Source: an uncultured Actinomycetes bacterium
Lineage (GTDB): Bacteria > Chloroflexota > Dormibacteria > CF-121
DNA length: 43,675 nucleotides
Assembly: GCA_964601135.1 (NCBI GenBank)
Contig: CAZRMD010000004.1
Location: 1 to 43,675, forward strand
Direction of reading: 5' to 3'
In this document: in pieces, positions 15,573 to 25,898 of the stretch
Layout of the letters: the number at the start of each line of letters is the position of its first letter
Numbering within the stretch: the first letter of the stretch is position 1
Program-made: the position numbers and the translations under genes
Notes under the pieces: generated by a model
Told to the model about the DNA's origin: nothing
What the model saw: only the letters and a program-made list of their open reading frames with translations
Database searches by the model: none

Positions 15573-16475
15573 CTAGACCGCGAATGCGAGTTGGACCGGT
15601 TCGGCTGGGGGCTCGATTCGCCAGCCCCGACGATCGCCGACGCCGTGCTGCTTCTTGAGCTCGGCGACCTTATCGACGATCGGGGTCTTCATCGCGGTCG
15701 AGAGGTAGGCATCGCCATCTGGGAACATCGCCTGGTAGCGGGGGAGGAGCTGTGGATAACTCCGCTCCAGGAACCCCATGAAGTGCTCCTTCGTCCCGGG
15801 TTTCAGGTACACGACGTTGGCCCAGACGTAGCAGGCGCCGGCATCGGCCGCGGCGGCGACCGTGGCCTGGAGCTGGTCCGGTCGATCGGACAGACCTGGG
15901 AGGATCGGCGCCATCCCGACACCCGCCTCGATCCCGGCATCGACAAGGGCCCGCAGGACTTTCAGCCGCTTCGATGGTGGCGGAGTGCCAGGTTCGGTCC
16001 GAGACCATACCTCTTCGTCGACCGTGGGGATGCTGAAGGTGACGGTTGCCTTGGCTCGGCTTGAAAGCTCGACCAGGACATCGATGTCGCGAATGACCAT
16101 TGTCCCTTTGGTGATCAGTCCGATCGGTGTTCGGTAGTCGCGGAACGCCTGGAGGCAGCGACGCGTGATCCGGTAGCTCCCCTCGATCGGTTGATAGGGA
16201 TCGGTCGCCGTCCCGAACGCCACCATCTCGCGCTTCCAGCTCCGCCGCGATAGCTCGTGGCGCAACAACTCTGGCGCGTTCGCCTTGACGCCGATGCGCG
16301 CAGAGAAGCCGGCGCCGGGATCGCGGTCGGCGAGTTTGGCATGAGCGCGGGCAAAGCAATAGACGCAGCTGTGGAAACAGCCCTGGTAGGGGTTCAGCGA
16401 CCAGTTGAAGCCCATGTGCTGGACCCGGTTCAGGGCGGACTTCGCCACGATCTCGTAGTACTCGGTTCGAGCCAT
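15573..16475 (-). CDS. Radical SAM protein, SplB / Rv2578c-like (spore-photoproduct-lyase-related, COG1533 type)
   Basis: LNPYQGCFHSCVYCFAR carries the CxxxCxxC cluster. There is no additional Cys-rich SPASM-like region. ATG 16475 (MARTEYYEIVAKSALNRV) is preferred over the track start TTG 16499, which would overlap the promoter elements. Confidence 0.8.
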   Translation of the reverse strand: MARTEYYEIVAKSALNRVQHMGFNWSLNPYQGCFHSCVYCFARAHAKLADRDPGAGFSARIGVKANAPELLRHELSRRSWKREMVAFGTATDPYQPIEGSYRITRRCLQAFRDYRTPIGLITKGTMVIRDIDVLVELSSRAKATVTFSIPTVDEEVWSRTEPGTPPPSKRLKVLRALVDAGIEAGVGMAPILPGLSDRPDQLQATVAAAADAGACYVWANVVYLKPGTKEHFMGFLERSYPQLLPRYQAMFPDGDAYLSTAMKTPIVDKVAELKKQHGVGDRRGWRIEPPAEPVQLAFAV

Positions 16476-16496
16476 CGCGGGCTTCAAATCATAGTA

Positions 16497-16510
16497 CAAA
16501 CATTTGTTCG
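16497..16510 (-). promoter_or_regulatory. Putative LexA (SOS / Cheo-type) box CGAACAAATGTTTG
   Basis: Read on the minus strand: CGAAC-AAAT-GTTTG, one mismatch from the palindromic CGAAC-N4-GTTCG. It directly abuts a TACTAT -10 box, about 20 nt upstream of the radical SAM start codon. Confidence 0.5.
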
Positions 16511-16548
16511 TCTGGCGGCGCTTTCACCATAATGGAGGGCAGCCAGCC

Positions 16549-17325
16549 ATGAATGTCGTCGTCTGCGTCAAGCAGATCCCGGATCCTAATGCCCCCGGCA
16601 AACTCGATCCCCAAACCAAGCGGCTCGTGCGCGAGGGGGTCGATTTGGTGCTGGATCCTGGCGACGAGCATGCGGTCGAGGCCGGACTGCAGCTCGTCGA
16701 AAAGAGTGGCGGTGAGGTGACGGTCGTCTCGATGGGACCCCCAAAGGCGCTCGAGGCGATCCGGCGCGCCCTCGCTATGGGGGCGAATCGCGGCATCCTG
16801 ATTACCGATCCTGGCCTTGAAAACTCGGATGCACTCAGTACGGCGCGGGCCATTGCCGCGGCGATCAAGGACCAGAACTTCGACCTCGTCATATGCGGCA
16901 CGGAAAGTACGGATGGCTCTACTGGAGCCATGCCCGCGCAGCTTGCCGAACTGCTCGGCCTGCCGCTGTTGAGCTTTGCCAAGAAGCTCGAGATGAGCGA
17001 TGGCAAAGCCATAATCGACCGCCAGACCGACGACGGCTTTGACGTGGTCGAAGCTCCATTGCCGGCAGTCGTCACGGTCACCGGCGGCATCAATGAAGCC
17101 CGGTATCCGGCGCTGCGTGGGATCATGCAGGCCAAGAACAAAGAGGTCAGGCAACTTGGGCTATCGGACCTTGCCCTCGACGGCCAGGCAGGCAAGTCGG
17201 CGCTTACGCAGGAGGTCATCGAGGTGGCTCCCGCGGAAGCGAGAAAGGCGGGCGAGGTGATCGAGGATAAAGGCGAAGGGGCAAAACGGATCGCGGATTT
17301 TCTGCAGCAGATCAAGGTGATCTGA
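16549..17325 (+). CDS. etfB: Electron transfer flavoprotein beta subunit
   Basis: MNVVVCVKQIPDPNAP is a typical EtfB N-terminus. An SD-like GGAGGG lies 10 nt upstream of the ATG. The track ORF start at 16504 was trimmed. Confidence 0.9.
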   Translation: MNVVVCVKQIPDPNAPGKLDPQTKRLVREGVDLVLDPGDEHAVEAGLQLVEKSGGEVTVVSMGPPKALEAIRRALAMGANRGILITDPGLENSDALSTARAIAAAIKDQNFDLVICGTESTDGSTGAMPAQLAELLGLPLLSFAKKLEMSDGKAIIDRQTDDGFDVVEAPLPAVVTVTGGINEARYPALRGIMQAKNKEVRQLGLSDLALDGQAGKSALTQEVIEVAPAEARKAGEVIEDKGEGAKRIADFLQQIKVI

Positions 17326-18296
17326 TGGCAGCGGTATGGGTGTATGCAGAGACCGTCGATGGCACGCCCACGCCGGTGGTCCTGGAGCTGCTGACCAAGG
17401 CCCGTGCCCTGGGTGAGGTCACGGCGATTGCGCTTGGTCCCGGCGCCTCGAAAGCTGCTGGGACCCTCGCTGAATACGGCGCGAAAAAGGTCTATACCCA
17501 CGAGGACGCCGCCTTTCGCGACTTCCTGGCGTCGCCCGCGGTCGACCTGCTCGCTCGGCTGATCGAGAAGGAGCATCCGGATCTTGTTCTCTTTGGCATG
17601 ACCTACGACGGGCGCGATGTTGCCTCCCGCCTGTCAGCCCGACTTGGGGCGGCGCTGATCGCCAACGCGACCGATATCTCAGGCAACGGCGATGGCTTCA
17701 AGGTCGTCAACCCTGTCTTCGGCGGCAGCCTGCTGGTCACCACAGTCCCAAAGTCAAAGGCGCCGGCCCTGGTGCTGATGCGACCGAAGGCGATCACCGC
17801 GGAGGCCGCGGCCGGCGCTGGCGAACCGCAGGTGCAAACCCTCACGGATCCGGTCGATACCAGCAAACCGGCGGCAAAGGTGCTGCGCCGTGAGAAGCAG
17901 AAGGCGGAAGGGCCGCGCCTCGAAGACGCGAAGGTCATCATCAGCGGCGGCCGCGGGCTCGGTGCGCCGGAGAATTTCAAGATGCTGGACGAGCTCGCTG
18001 GTGAGCTGGGTGCCGCCGTCGGTGCCAGCCGCGCCGTCGTCGATGCCGGCTGGAAGCCGTATGCCTTTCAGATCGGGCAGACTGGCAAGACCGTAAAGCC
18101 GAGCGTCTACATCGCGGTCGGGATCTCGGGCGCCATGCAGCATACGGTCGGCATGAAAGGGGCGAAGACCATCATCGCCATCAACAAGGATCCGGAGGCG
18201 CCGATTTTCAAGCTCGCTGACCTGGGCGTCATCGGTGACGTTCACAAGGTGGTGCCGCAGTTGATCCAGGAAGTTCGCTCGCGCAAGGGCAAATGA
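17325..18296 (+). CDS. etfA: Electron transfer flavoprotein alpha subunit
   Basis: C-terminal FAD-binding signature [37 protein letters not shown]. The start overlaps the etfB stop (TGATG). Confidence 0.9.
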   Translation: MAAVWVYAETVDGTPTPVVLELLTKARALGEVTAIALGPGASKAAGTLAEYGAKKVYTHEDAAFRDFLASPAVDLLARLIEKEHPDLVLFGMTYDGRDVASRLSARLGAALIANATDISGNGDGFKVVNPVFGGSLLVTTVPKSKAPALVLMRPKAITAEAAAGAGEPQVQTLTDPVDTSKPAAKVLRREKQKAEGPRLEDAKVIISGGRGLGAPENFKMLDELAGELGAAVGASRAVVDAGWKPYAFQIGQTGKTVKPSVYIAVGISGAMQHTVGMKGAKTIIAINKDPEAPIFKLADLGVIGDVHKVVPQLIQEVRSRKGK

Positions 18297-19143
18297 GCGC
18301 CGACCAGCTTAGCCTGCTGGCGGTTGAGCCGCACCCCGACGACGAGTCGATCGGGATGGGTGGAACGCTGGCGCGCTACAGCGCCGAGGGCGTACGCACC
18401 ACCCTGGTTACGGCCACCAGGGGCGAGGTTGGCGAGATCCTGGACAAGGACCTGGATCCCAAGGAAGCTGCCCCGCGGCTGGCGAGCATCCGAGAGGCCG
18501 AGTTGCGCGACGCCGTCAAGATCCTCGGTGTCAGCGAGCTGGTGTTTCTCGGCTACGAGGACTCAGGCATGGCCGGGTTGTCGCGCAATCGGGAACCGCG
18601 CACCTTCTGGCAGGCAGATGAAGAAGAAGCGATCGGGCGTCTGGTCCAAATCGTCCGGCGGGTGCGGCCGCAGGTGATGGTGACCCAGAACGAGTTCGGC
18701 GGCTACGCTCATCCCGACCACATCAAGACCCACCGGGTGGCGATCGGCGCCTTCTACTACGCGGGCGACGTCGAACGATTTCCGGGCGGAGAGCCGTTCC
18801 GGCCAAGCAAGCTCTACTATTCCGCCTTTCCCAAGTCCCTGATGAAGCAGATGGCCGAGGCGATGAAGCGGGCGGGCGTTGAGAACCGATTTTCCAGCGA
18901 TGGCGAGCCGCCGCCCTTCGCGGTCTCCGACGACCGGGTGACCACCTGGCTCGACGTCCGGCCGTACATCGACAAGAAGCTCGCCGCGATGCGGGCGCAC
19001 CGGACACAGATCCCGGAAGACAGCTGGTTCATCAGGCTGAGCGAGGCGCTCGGTCCACAAGCCTGGGGCACGGAGACGTTCGAGCGGGCACGCAGCTCGG
19101 TCGATGCGCCGGTTCCCGAGAACGACCTCTTCGCCGGTCTGCG

Positions 19144-19147
<4 letters not shown>
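18293..19147 (+). CDS. PIG-L/LmbE family deacetylase, mycothiol S-conjugate amidase (Mca)-like, paralog 2
   Basis: LLAVEPHPDDESIGMGG, GYAHPDHIKTH, AHRTQI, and a C-terminal PENDLFAGL as in Mca-type proteins. ATGA overlap with etfA. Confidence 0.8.
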
Positions 19148-19938
<791 letters not shown>

Positions 19939-20235
19939 GGCAGACCACCAGCTCCTGGTCTTTGGGGGCGCTGAACAATGCCTCACAGGCAGGGCAGGCG
20001 TACTGGCGCGCCGGGTTATCCTGGACCGCCCGATCCGCGGCCATCGCGCCGGGCACCTCGCCCAGGTCCACCGCGGGACTCCCGCACTCCGTGCAGCGAT
20101 AGAGCGGCGCGTCGATCGCCCGGTAGTCCAGGTAGCGTCCCAGCGTATCGACGAACACGGAAGCGTTCCACAGCTCGAAGCGGTTGGTGCTGCAGCGGTT
20201 GGGACAGGCGAGGAACATCACCAATCGTCTTACCA

Positions 20236-21408
20236 TCACGCGACCCGCTTCAATCGCTTCAGCCGGTCGGCGGCGCGGCGAAGCGTTTCCATCTTCTTTG
20301 GAAAGGAGAAGCGGATCTGCCGGCGTCCTCGGGCTGGGTCCAGATAGAAGCTCGACCCTGGCACGGTCGCCAGCCCGATCTCGCGAACCATCCGATGGGC
20401 CAGGCTCACGTCGTCTTCGCCGAAGCCCTCGATGTCGGTCATCACGTAGTAGGCGCCGTCTGGCGGGTATGCCTTGAAGCCGGCGCCATCCAGGATTTCC
20501 AGGATGAACTCGCGGCGTTCTCGATACGCGTTGAGGAGATCGACGTAGTACTGGTCGGGGAAGTGCAGGGCGGTTGCTGCCGCTACCTGCAGCGGATGCG
20601 GAGCGCCGACGGTGACGAAGTCGTGCACCTTGCGGATCGCGTTGGTGATGTCGGGGGGCGCGATCGCGTACGCCAGACGCCAGCCTGTGACGCTGTAGGT
20701 CTTGGACAGTCCATTGATCGTCACCGTTCGCTCCCGCATGCCATCCAGGGTGGCGATGCTGACGTGCTCCCCTCGGTAGACCAGGTGCTCGTAGATTTCG
20801 TCCGTAATCGCCAGCGTGTCGAACTGCTGGCAGAGCCCGGCGATGAAACCGAGCTCTTCGCGGCTGTAGACCTTGCCCGTCGGGTTGTGCGGCGTGTTGA
20901 TGATGATGGCACGGGTGCGCGCATTGAAGGCGTTGCGCAGCTGCTCCCGGTCGAAGTGCCAGTCGGGTGGTACGAGCGAAACCACCACCGGCTTGGCGCC
21001 CGAGAGGATGCAGTCCGGCCCGTAGTTTTCATAGAACGGTTCGAAGATGATGACCTCATCGCCTGGATCAACGACGGCCAGGATGGCCGAGAGCATGGCC
21101 TCCGTCACGCCGCAGCACACGGTAATGTCGGTCTCCGGGTCGACCGCCATGTTTCGGAATCGCTGTGTCTTTTCGGCGATGGCGTCGCGCATCACCTTCG
21201 CCCCCCAGGTCGTCGCGTACTGATTGAAGTCGTTTCGGATGGCGTCGACAGCCGCCTCTTTGAGCTCCGTTGGTGCCGCGAAGTCCGGAAAGCCCTGGGC
21301 CAGGTTGAGACAGTCGGCGCCGTGTTCGGCGACGCACAGTCGCGTCATCTCACGAATCACCGATTCGGTGAATAACCTGGACTTCTGTGAGGTCACGGTC
21401 CGGGTCAT
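20236..21408 (-). CDS. Class I/II PLP aminotransferase (kynurenine/methionine aminotransferase YbdL-like subgroup)
   Basis: NLAQGFPDF, NTPHNPTGKV, and SKTYSVTGWRLAY (PLP lysine). Confidence 0.85.
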   Translation of the reverse strand: MTRTVTSQKSRLFTESVIREMTRLCVAEHGADCLNLAQGFPDFAAPTELKEAAVDAIRNDFNQYATTWGAKVMRDAIAEKTQRFRNMAVDPETDITVCCGVTEAMLSAILAVVDPGDEVIIFEPFYENYGPDCILSGAKPVVVSLVPPDWHFDREQLRNAFNARTRAIIINTPHNPTGKVYSREELGFIAGLCQQFDTLAITDEIYEHLVYRGEHVSIATLDGMRERTVTINGLSKTYSVTGWRLAYAIAPPDITNAIRKVHDFVTVGAPHPLQVAAATALHFPDQYYVDLLNAYRERREFILEILDGAGFKAYPPDGAYYVMTDIEGFGEDDVSLAHRMVREIGLATVPGSSFYLDPARGRRQIRFSFPKKMETLRRAADRLKRLKRVA

Positions 21409-22145
21409 CTGTTTAGTTTCGCAGCCGGCGATCCCGCCGGCGAAAACGTGCCCAGGAGTCTCATCGGTTCATTGCCTGTATTTTCGAGTGTGTGACGCGT
21501 ACCAACTGGAATAAATACGACCGATCCAGGGCGGAGTTGACCTGCTGACACGTCCTCGATCCACAGTCGGCCCGTGCCGGCCAGGATGTAGACGACCTCC
21601 TCGTGAGGGTGCGAGTGGAGCGGCGCGCGGCCGGTCGGAATGGTGCCGGTGAACTGCGTCATCCGCTGGCAACCCGCGGATGGATCGATCAAGACCCGAA
21701 AGCTGCGTTCGCCCATCATCGTCGCGGCGATATGCTCCTCGTCCACGCGAATGGGGCGCCTATCAGGTCGGCGGCCCGTTGCCCCGGACGTGATGGCGGC
21801 CGGATCGATCGGCGGGGCCATGGTTCCGACGAGCGTGAAGGGCCGGTCACCGGTATTGACATAGGCATGGTTCATGCCCTGTGGCAGGTAGGCGGCCTGT
21901 CCTGTTATGACGGGAACGAGGTCGTCATCGCCCTGAATTGCTCCACTCCCTTCCACCACGTAGATGACCTCTTCCGCTGGATGCGCGTGTGGCGCGGTCG
22001 AACCGGTATCGATGGAAAGCCGGTACGTCATCAAGCGCTGCGCACCAAGCTGGCGATCGACCAGCCACTGCAGGACGCCCGCGTCGACGACACGACCGGG
22101 AATCTCTTCTTGATGGCGCAGGCGCGCGCGTTGCTGCACGGACAT
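21405..22145 (-). CDS. Bicupin protein
   Basis: Two cupin modules: HAHPAEEVIYVVEGSG...LPQGMNHAYVN and HSHPHEEVVYILAGTG...IPVGTRHTLEN. ATGA overlap with the aminotransferase start. ATG 22145 is preferred over TTG 22169. Confidence 0.75.
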   Translation of the reverse strand: MSVQQRARLRHQEEIPGRVVDAGVLQWLVDRQLGAQRLMTYRLSIDTGSTAPHAHPAEEVIYVVEGSGAIQGDDDLVPVITGQAAYLPQGMNHAYVNTGDRPFTLVGTMAPPIDPAAITSGATGRRPDRRPIRVDEEHIAATMMGERSFRVLIDPSAGCQRMTQFTGTIPTGRAPLHSHPHEEVVYILAGTGRLWIEDVSAGQLRPGSVVFIPVGTRHTLENTGNEPMRLLGTFSPAGSPAAKLNR

Positions 22146-22210
22146 GGGGCGTGCGGGCGATGATAGCAAGCGCTAAACCATTAGCATCTCGACGGAAGGA
22201 GGGCGGCCTG

Positions 22211-23206
22211 ATGGATGTGCTCGTGCTCTCGGCTGAAGATGTCTCCAAGCTGCTGCCGATGCGGGACGCCATCCAGGTCATGCGGGAAGCGCTGGGCGCA
22301 TTGGCTGAGGGCAGGGCTCTCGTGCCCCTTCGGATGGTCATGCGTCTGCCCGACGCCAGCGGCTTCCTCGGGGTGATGCCCGGCTACATCGGCGCGGACG
22401 GCGGGAACCAGGGCGCGCTCGGCATGAAGGCAGTGTCGGTATTTCCCGGCAACGCAGGTCGCGGCATCGACACGCACCAGGGCGCGGTCATCCTCCTCGA
22501 GGCGGATACGGGCCGCCTATCCGCCGTGATGGACGGCGGGGCTATCACCGGGATTCGGACAGCTGCCGTTTCTGGCGTCGCAACTGACGTGCTGGCGCGC
22601 AAGGATGCGGCTGAGCTGGCCATCCTTGGCGCGGGCGTTCAGGCGCGCACCCACTTGGACGCGATCGCCGCAGTCCGCCCCTTGCGACGAGTTCGAGTCT
22701 GGAGCCGCAGCCCGGCGCACGCCGAAAAGCTCGTAGCGGCGATGAAAGGCCGATTCTTGGCATCGATCGAAGCCGTGGCATCGGCCGAGGCGGCTGTCCG
22801 CGGCGCTGACATCGTGGCCACGGTGACGGCCAGCCCCGATCCAATCGTGCAGCGCCCCTGGTTAAAGAACGGTGTGCACATCAACGCGGTCGGATCATCC
22901 ACACCGACTGCGCGCGAAATCGACAGTGCCACTGTGGCGGCGGCGTCGTTGTTCGTCGACCGCCGCGAATCAGCGCTCAATGAGGCCGGTGACGTCCTGA
23001 TCCCGATGCGAGAAGGCGCTTTCGGGGCCGACCACATCCAGGCGGAGCTTGGCGAGGTTCTCATCGGAAAGCATCCCGGCCGCAAATCAGCCGACGAAGT
23101 GACACTGTTCAAGTCGCTTGGTCTCTCCGTTGAAGACGTTGCCTCCGCGGCGTTCATCGCGAAGCGCGCTCGTGACTTGCGCATTGGCCAAACGGTGCAC
23201 ATGTGA
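22211..23206 (+). CDS. Ornithine cyclodeaminase / mu-crystallin family protein
   Basis: MDVLVLSAEDVSKLLPM N-terminus, Rossmann motif LAILGAGVQARTHL, and an AAGGAGGG SD 8 nt upstream. The track ORF start at 21989 was trimmed because it overlaps the bicupin gene. Confidence 0.8.
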   Translation: MDVLVLSAEDVSKLLPMRDAIQVMREALGALAEGRALVPLRMVMRLPDASGFLGVMPGYIGADGGNQGALGMKAVSVFPGNAGRGIDTHQGAVILLEADTGRLSAVMDGGAITGIRTAAVSGVATDVLARKDAAELAILGAGVQARTHLDAIAAVRPLRRVRVWSRSPAHAEKLVAAMKGRFLASIEAVASAEAAVRGADIVATVTASPDPIVQRPWLKNGVHINAVGSSTPTAREIDSATVAAASLFVDRRESALNEAGDVLIPMREGAFGADHIQAELGEVLIGKHPGRKSADEVTLFKSLGLSVEDVASAAFIAKRARDLRIGQTVHM

Positions 23207-23245
23207 AGCCCCGGCTGCGGGTGGGGATGGCTTCAAGAGATACGC

Positions 23246-24025
23246 ATGGCTGAGCTCGACGGCCGGGTCGCGCTCGTGACTGGAGGCGGACGCGGAATTG
23301 GCAGAGCGATTGCGTTGTCATTGGCCGCGGCTGGCGCCGACGTCGCCGTTTCCGGCCGCAATGCCGACGCGCTCGAGCAAACCGTCGCCGACATCGAGAG
23401 CAAAGGGCGGCGAGGCTTGGCCGTGGTAAGTGACGTCGGCGAGCGCCGCCAGGTCGACGCCATGGTCGCGCAGGTCACGGCGGCGCTGGGCAAGCCGCTC
23501 ATCCTGGTGAATAACGCCGGCATCGCCGGCAGCGCCAAGCTCGCCGAGACCAGCGACGAGATGTGGGATTCGATGCTGCGCACGAATGCCTCGGGTGCTT
23601 TTTACTGCATGCGCGCGGTGCTGCCGATGATGATCGAGGCCAAATGGGGCCGGGTGGTCAATCTGGCATCGATCGCAGCTCGGGCCGGCGCCGCCTACAT
23701 CGCCGCCTATGCCGCGTCCAAGCATGCCCTGCTCGGTCTGACGCGCGCCGTGGCGGCTGAGGTCGCCACTCGTGGAGTCACGGTCAACGCGATCTGTCCC
23801 GGGTACGTCGATACGGAGATGACCGATCGCTCGGCCGCTTACATCAGTACTCGAACCGGGCGCTCCGAAGACGCCGCTCGCAAGATCCTCGAGGGCTTCA
23901 GCCCCCAGGGTCGGCTGATGACCGCCGAGGAAGTCGCGTCACTGGCTGCATACCTTTGCTCGGAGAACGCCCGCGGGATCAATGGGCAAGGGATCGTGCT
24001 GGATGGCGGGTCAGTGCAGGCATGA
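23246..24025 (+). CDS. SDR family oxidoreductase (FabG / 3-hydroxyacyl-CoA dehydrogenase-like)
   Basis: TGGGRGIGRAIA, NNAG, and the YAASKHAL (YxxxK) catalytic motif. Confidence 0.85.
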   Translation: MAELDGRVALVTGGGRGIGRAIALSLAAAGADVAVSGRNADALEQTVADIESKGRRGLAVVSDVGERRQVDAMVAQVTAALGKPLILVNNAGIAGSAKLAETSDEMWDSMLRTNASGAFYCMRAVLPMMIEAKWGRVVNLASIAARAGAAYIAAYAASKHALLGLTRAVAAEVATRGVTVNAICPGYVDTEMTDRSAAYISTRTGRSEDAARKILEGFSPQGRLMTAEEVASLAAYLCSENARGINGQGIVLDGGSVQA

Positions 24026-25149
24026 TCCAACGGGAGAGGCTGGCCGCCGAGACGGCTTCAGTCGCCAGGAAGCTGCTGCCAGTCGCCGGGTCGGGTGCGG
24101 ACGGTCGGGTCAATCGCCGGCTGGTCCAGGCGCTTGCCGAGGAAGGCCTGCTACCACGGCTTTTCCCCCGTCGCGCCGGCGGGACCGGCGACGGCGACAT
24201 CTCGGCGGTCGAACTCTGCACGGTGCGGGAGGCGCTCGCTTATGAATCGACCGTTGTGGAGAACGCGGTTGCCATCGAAACCCTCGGGGCGTACCCCATC
24301 GTCTTATCCGGCTCAGAGGAGCAGGTCACCAGGTATGCCAGGCGAGTCGCGCGCGGCGAGGCGATCGCGGCCTTCGCTCTGACGGAACCGGACGCCGGCA
24401 GCGACGCCGCCGCGCTGGCATTGAAAGCCGAGCGTGACGGCAAAGGGTACCGTCTCTCCGGAACCAAGGCCTTTATCTCGAACGCGCCGGATGCGGACTT
24501 CTACACGATGTTTGCCCGTACGACGCCCGGAGCTGGAAGCAACGGGATAACGGCCTTCATTGTTGAGGCCGGTGCCAAAGGCCTCAAAGGTGAGCCACTG
24601 GAACTCATCTCCGCGCATCCGATCGGCCGGCTGGAGCTCGACGGCGTGCCGGTGGCCGCAGATCACGTCGTGGGCGACGTCGACGCCGGCTTCAAGCTGG
24701 CCATGCGAACGCTCGACCTGTTTCGACCAAGCGTCGGCGCCAATGCGCTAGGGATGGCGCAGGCGGCGCTCGACGCCGCGGTCAAACATGGCGCGACTCG
24801 ACAAGCGTTCGGCCGCCCGATCAAGGAATTCCAGGCGGTTTCGCACCAGCTTGCGGAAATAGCCACCCGGCTCGAGGCCGCGAGAGCCCTCGTCTACGCG
24901 GCCGCCGAAGCGTACGACCGCGGTGACGCACGCGTCGGCCGACGGTCTGCAATGGCCAAGCTCTTTGCCACCGAGACCGCGCAGCAGGTGATTGACGTTG
25001 CCATTCAAGTTCATGGCGCGGTCGCTTTGGAGCGTGGTCACCTCTTGGAGCATCTGTACCGCGAAGTGCGGGCTCCACGTATTTATGAGGGCACGTCCGA
25101 GATCCAGCGGGAAATCATTGCCCGCGACATGTTCCGGCCCCGCGACTGA
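24022..25149 (+). CDS. Acyl-CoA dehydrogenase family protein
   Basis: AFALTEPDAGSDAAAL, GTKAFISNA, and YEGTSEIQREIIAR at the C-terminus. ATGA overlap with the SDR stop. Confidence 0.85.
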   Translation: MIQRERLAAETASVARKLLPVAGSGADGRVNRRLVQALAEEGLLPRLFPRRAGGTGDGDISAVELCTVREALAYESTVVENAVAIETLGAYPIVLSGSEEQVTRYARRVARGEAIAAFALTEPDAGSDAAALALKAERDGKGYRLSGTKAFISNAPDADFYTMFARTTPGAGSNGITAFIVEAGAKGLKGEPLELISAHPIGRLELDGVPVAADHVVGDVDAGFKLAMRTLDLFRPSVGANALGMAQAALDAAVKHGATRQAFGRPIKEFQAVSHQLAEIATRLEAARALVYAAAEAYDRGDARVGRRSAMAKLFATETAQQVIDVAIQVHGAVALERGHLLEHLYREVRAPRIYEGTSEIQREIIARDMFRPRD

Positions 25150-25177
25150 TCAGACGTTTGCTCGTCGCTCCTTGAAG

Positions 25178-25206
25178 TTGACAGCTTCTTACGCCCGGCG
25201 CATGAT
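25178..25206 (+). promoter_or_regulatory. Sigma-70-like promoter TTGACA-17 nt-CATGAT upstream of the CHRD gene
   Basis: A perfect -35 hexamer with exact 17-nt spacing. It is followed by an SD (GGAGGAAGG) and ATG 25246. Confidence 0.4.
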
Positions 25207-25245
25207 TGAGGCGCTTTTCCGGCGACTTGTTGGAGGAAGGAAGCC

Positions 25246-25779
25246 ATGAATTTCAAGCTCGCCAGATTGCTCACAATCGTCGGCCTGTTCGCACTCGTGA
25301 CCACTGCGGCCGCAAGCGCCGATGAGAGCGTCCTGACCATGCGGGCCAGTTTGTCCGGATTCAATGAAGTGCCGCCCAAGGCGACGATGGGCTCGGGCAC
25401 GTTCACGGCAAAGGCGAGCGGCGGCAAGATCGTCTTCGCGCTGACATACTCCGGCCTAACGACCCCGGCGTTCATGGCCCATTTCCACTTCGCACAGCCT
25501 GCTGTGAACGGTGGAATCTTCATCTGGCTCTGCGGGGACCCGGCCACCACGCCGGCTCACAAGCCCTGCCCACCCGGAAATACCTCGCAGCGTGTCACGG
25601 TTACCGGGACTATCACCGCCGCGGACATCAGACCTGTGCCTGATCAGAACGTTAGGCCCATGGACATGGCCACAGCGTTGCGAATCATCGAAGCCGGTGA
25701 CGCATATGTCAACGTCCACAGCACGAAATTTCCAGGCGGCGAAATCCGGGGCCAGATCACGCCTGGAGAATCTGACTAG
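25246..25779 (+). CDS. Secreted CHRD domain-containing protein
   Basis: Signal-peptide-like N-terminus MNFKLARLLTIVGLFALVTTAAASA. CHRD pattern LSGFNEVPP...GTF...AHFHFAQPAVNGGI...YVNVHSTKFPGGEIRGQI. Confidence 0.8.
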   Translation: MNFKLARLLTIVGLFALVTTAAASADESVLTMRASLSGFNEVPPKATMGSGTFTAKASGGKIVFALTYSGLTTPAFMAHFHFAQPAVNGGIFIWLCGDPATTPAHKPCPPGNTSQRVTVTGTITAADIRPVPDQNVRPMDMATALRIIEAGDAYVNVHSTKFPGGEIRGQITPGESD

Positions 25780-25827
25780 CGTTACGTGGGGCGCTGCAAG
25801 TTCTCGAACCTTGGCCGGACGCGGCAG

Positions 25828-25856
25828 TTGACGGCTGCCTACTGCAGTCCTAGTGT
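25828..25856 (+). promoter_or_regulatory. Sigma-70-like promoter TTGACG-17 nt-TAGTGT upstream of the FmdB-type micro-ORF
   Basis: Exact 17-nt spacing. A GAGGAGG SD and ATG 25899 follow about 40 nt downstream. Confidence 0.4.
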
Positions 25857-25898
25857 CTTATTGAGTGCGCCAAGACATGTTTGAGGAGGTCGAGCGCC

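Noticed and set aside
14209-16475. The idea that the radical SAM enzyme plus the nearby small peptide form a RiPP biosynthetic cluster.
   Set aside because: The radical SAM protein is of the SplB/Rv2578c DNA-repair-like type, with a single CxxxCxxC cluster and no SPASM-like Cys-rich C-terminus. The 19-aa peptide has no Cys or other typical core residues, and it has its own SD and terminator downstream of the operon.
16524-17576. A 350-aa ORF on the minus strand.
   Set aside because: It is antisense to etfB/etfA, which have unmistakable signatures. Its composition is Ser/Arg/Pro/Ala-rich and low in complexity.
19978-21375. A 465-aa ORF on the plus strand.
   Set aside because: It lies entirely antisense to the well-supported aminotransferase gene. 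Its translation is Arg/Pro/Gly/Ala-rich with no motifs, which is the typical high-GC shadow ORF.
22165-22185. The short inverted repeat GCTAA-N4-TTAGC between the bicupin and OCD-like genes.
   Set aside because: The arms are only 5 bp, there is no repeat elsewhere, and no adjacent regulator gene.
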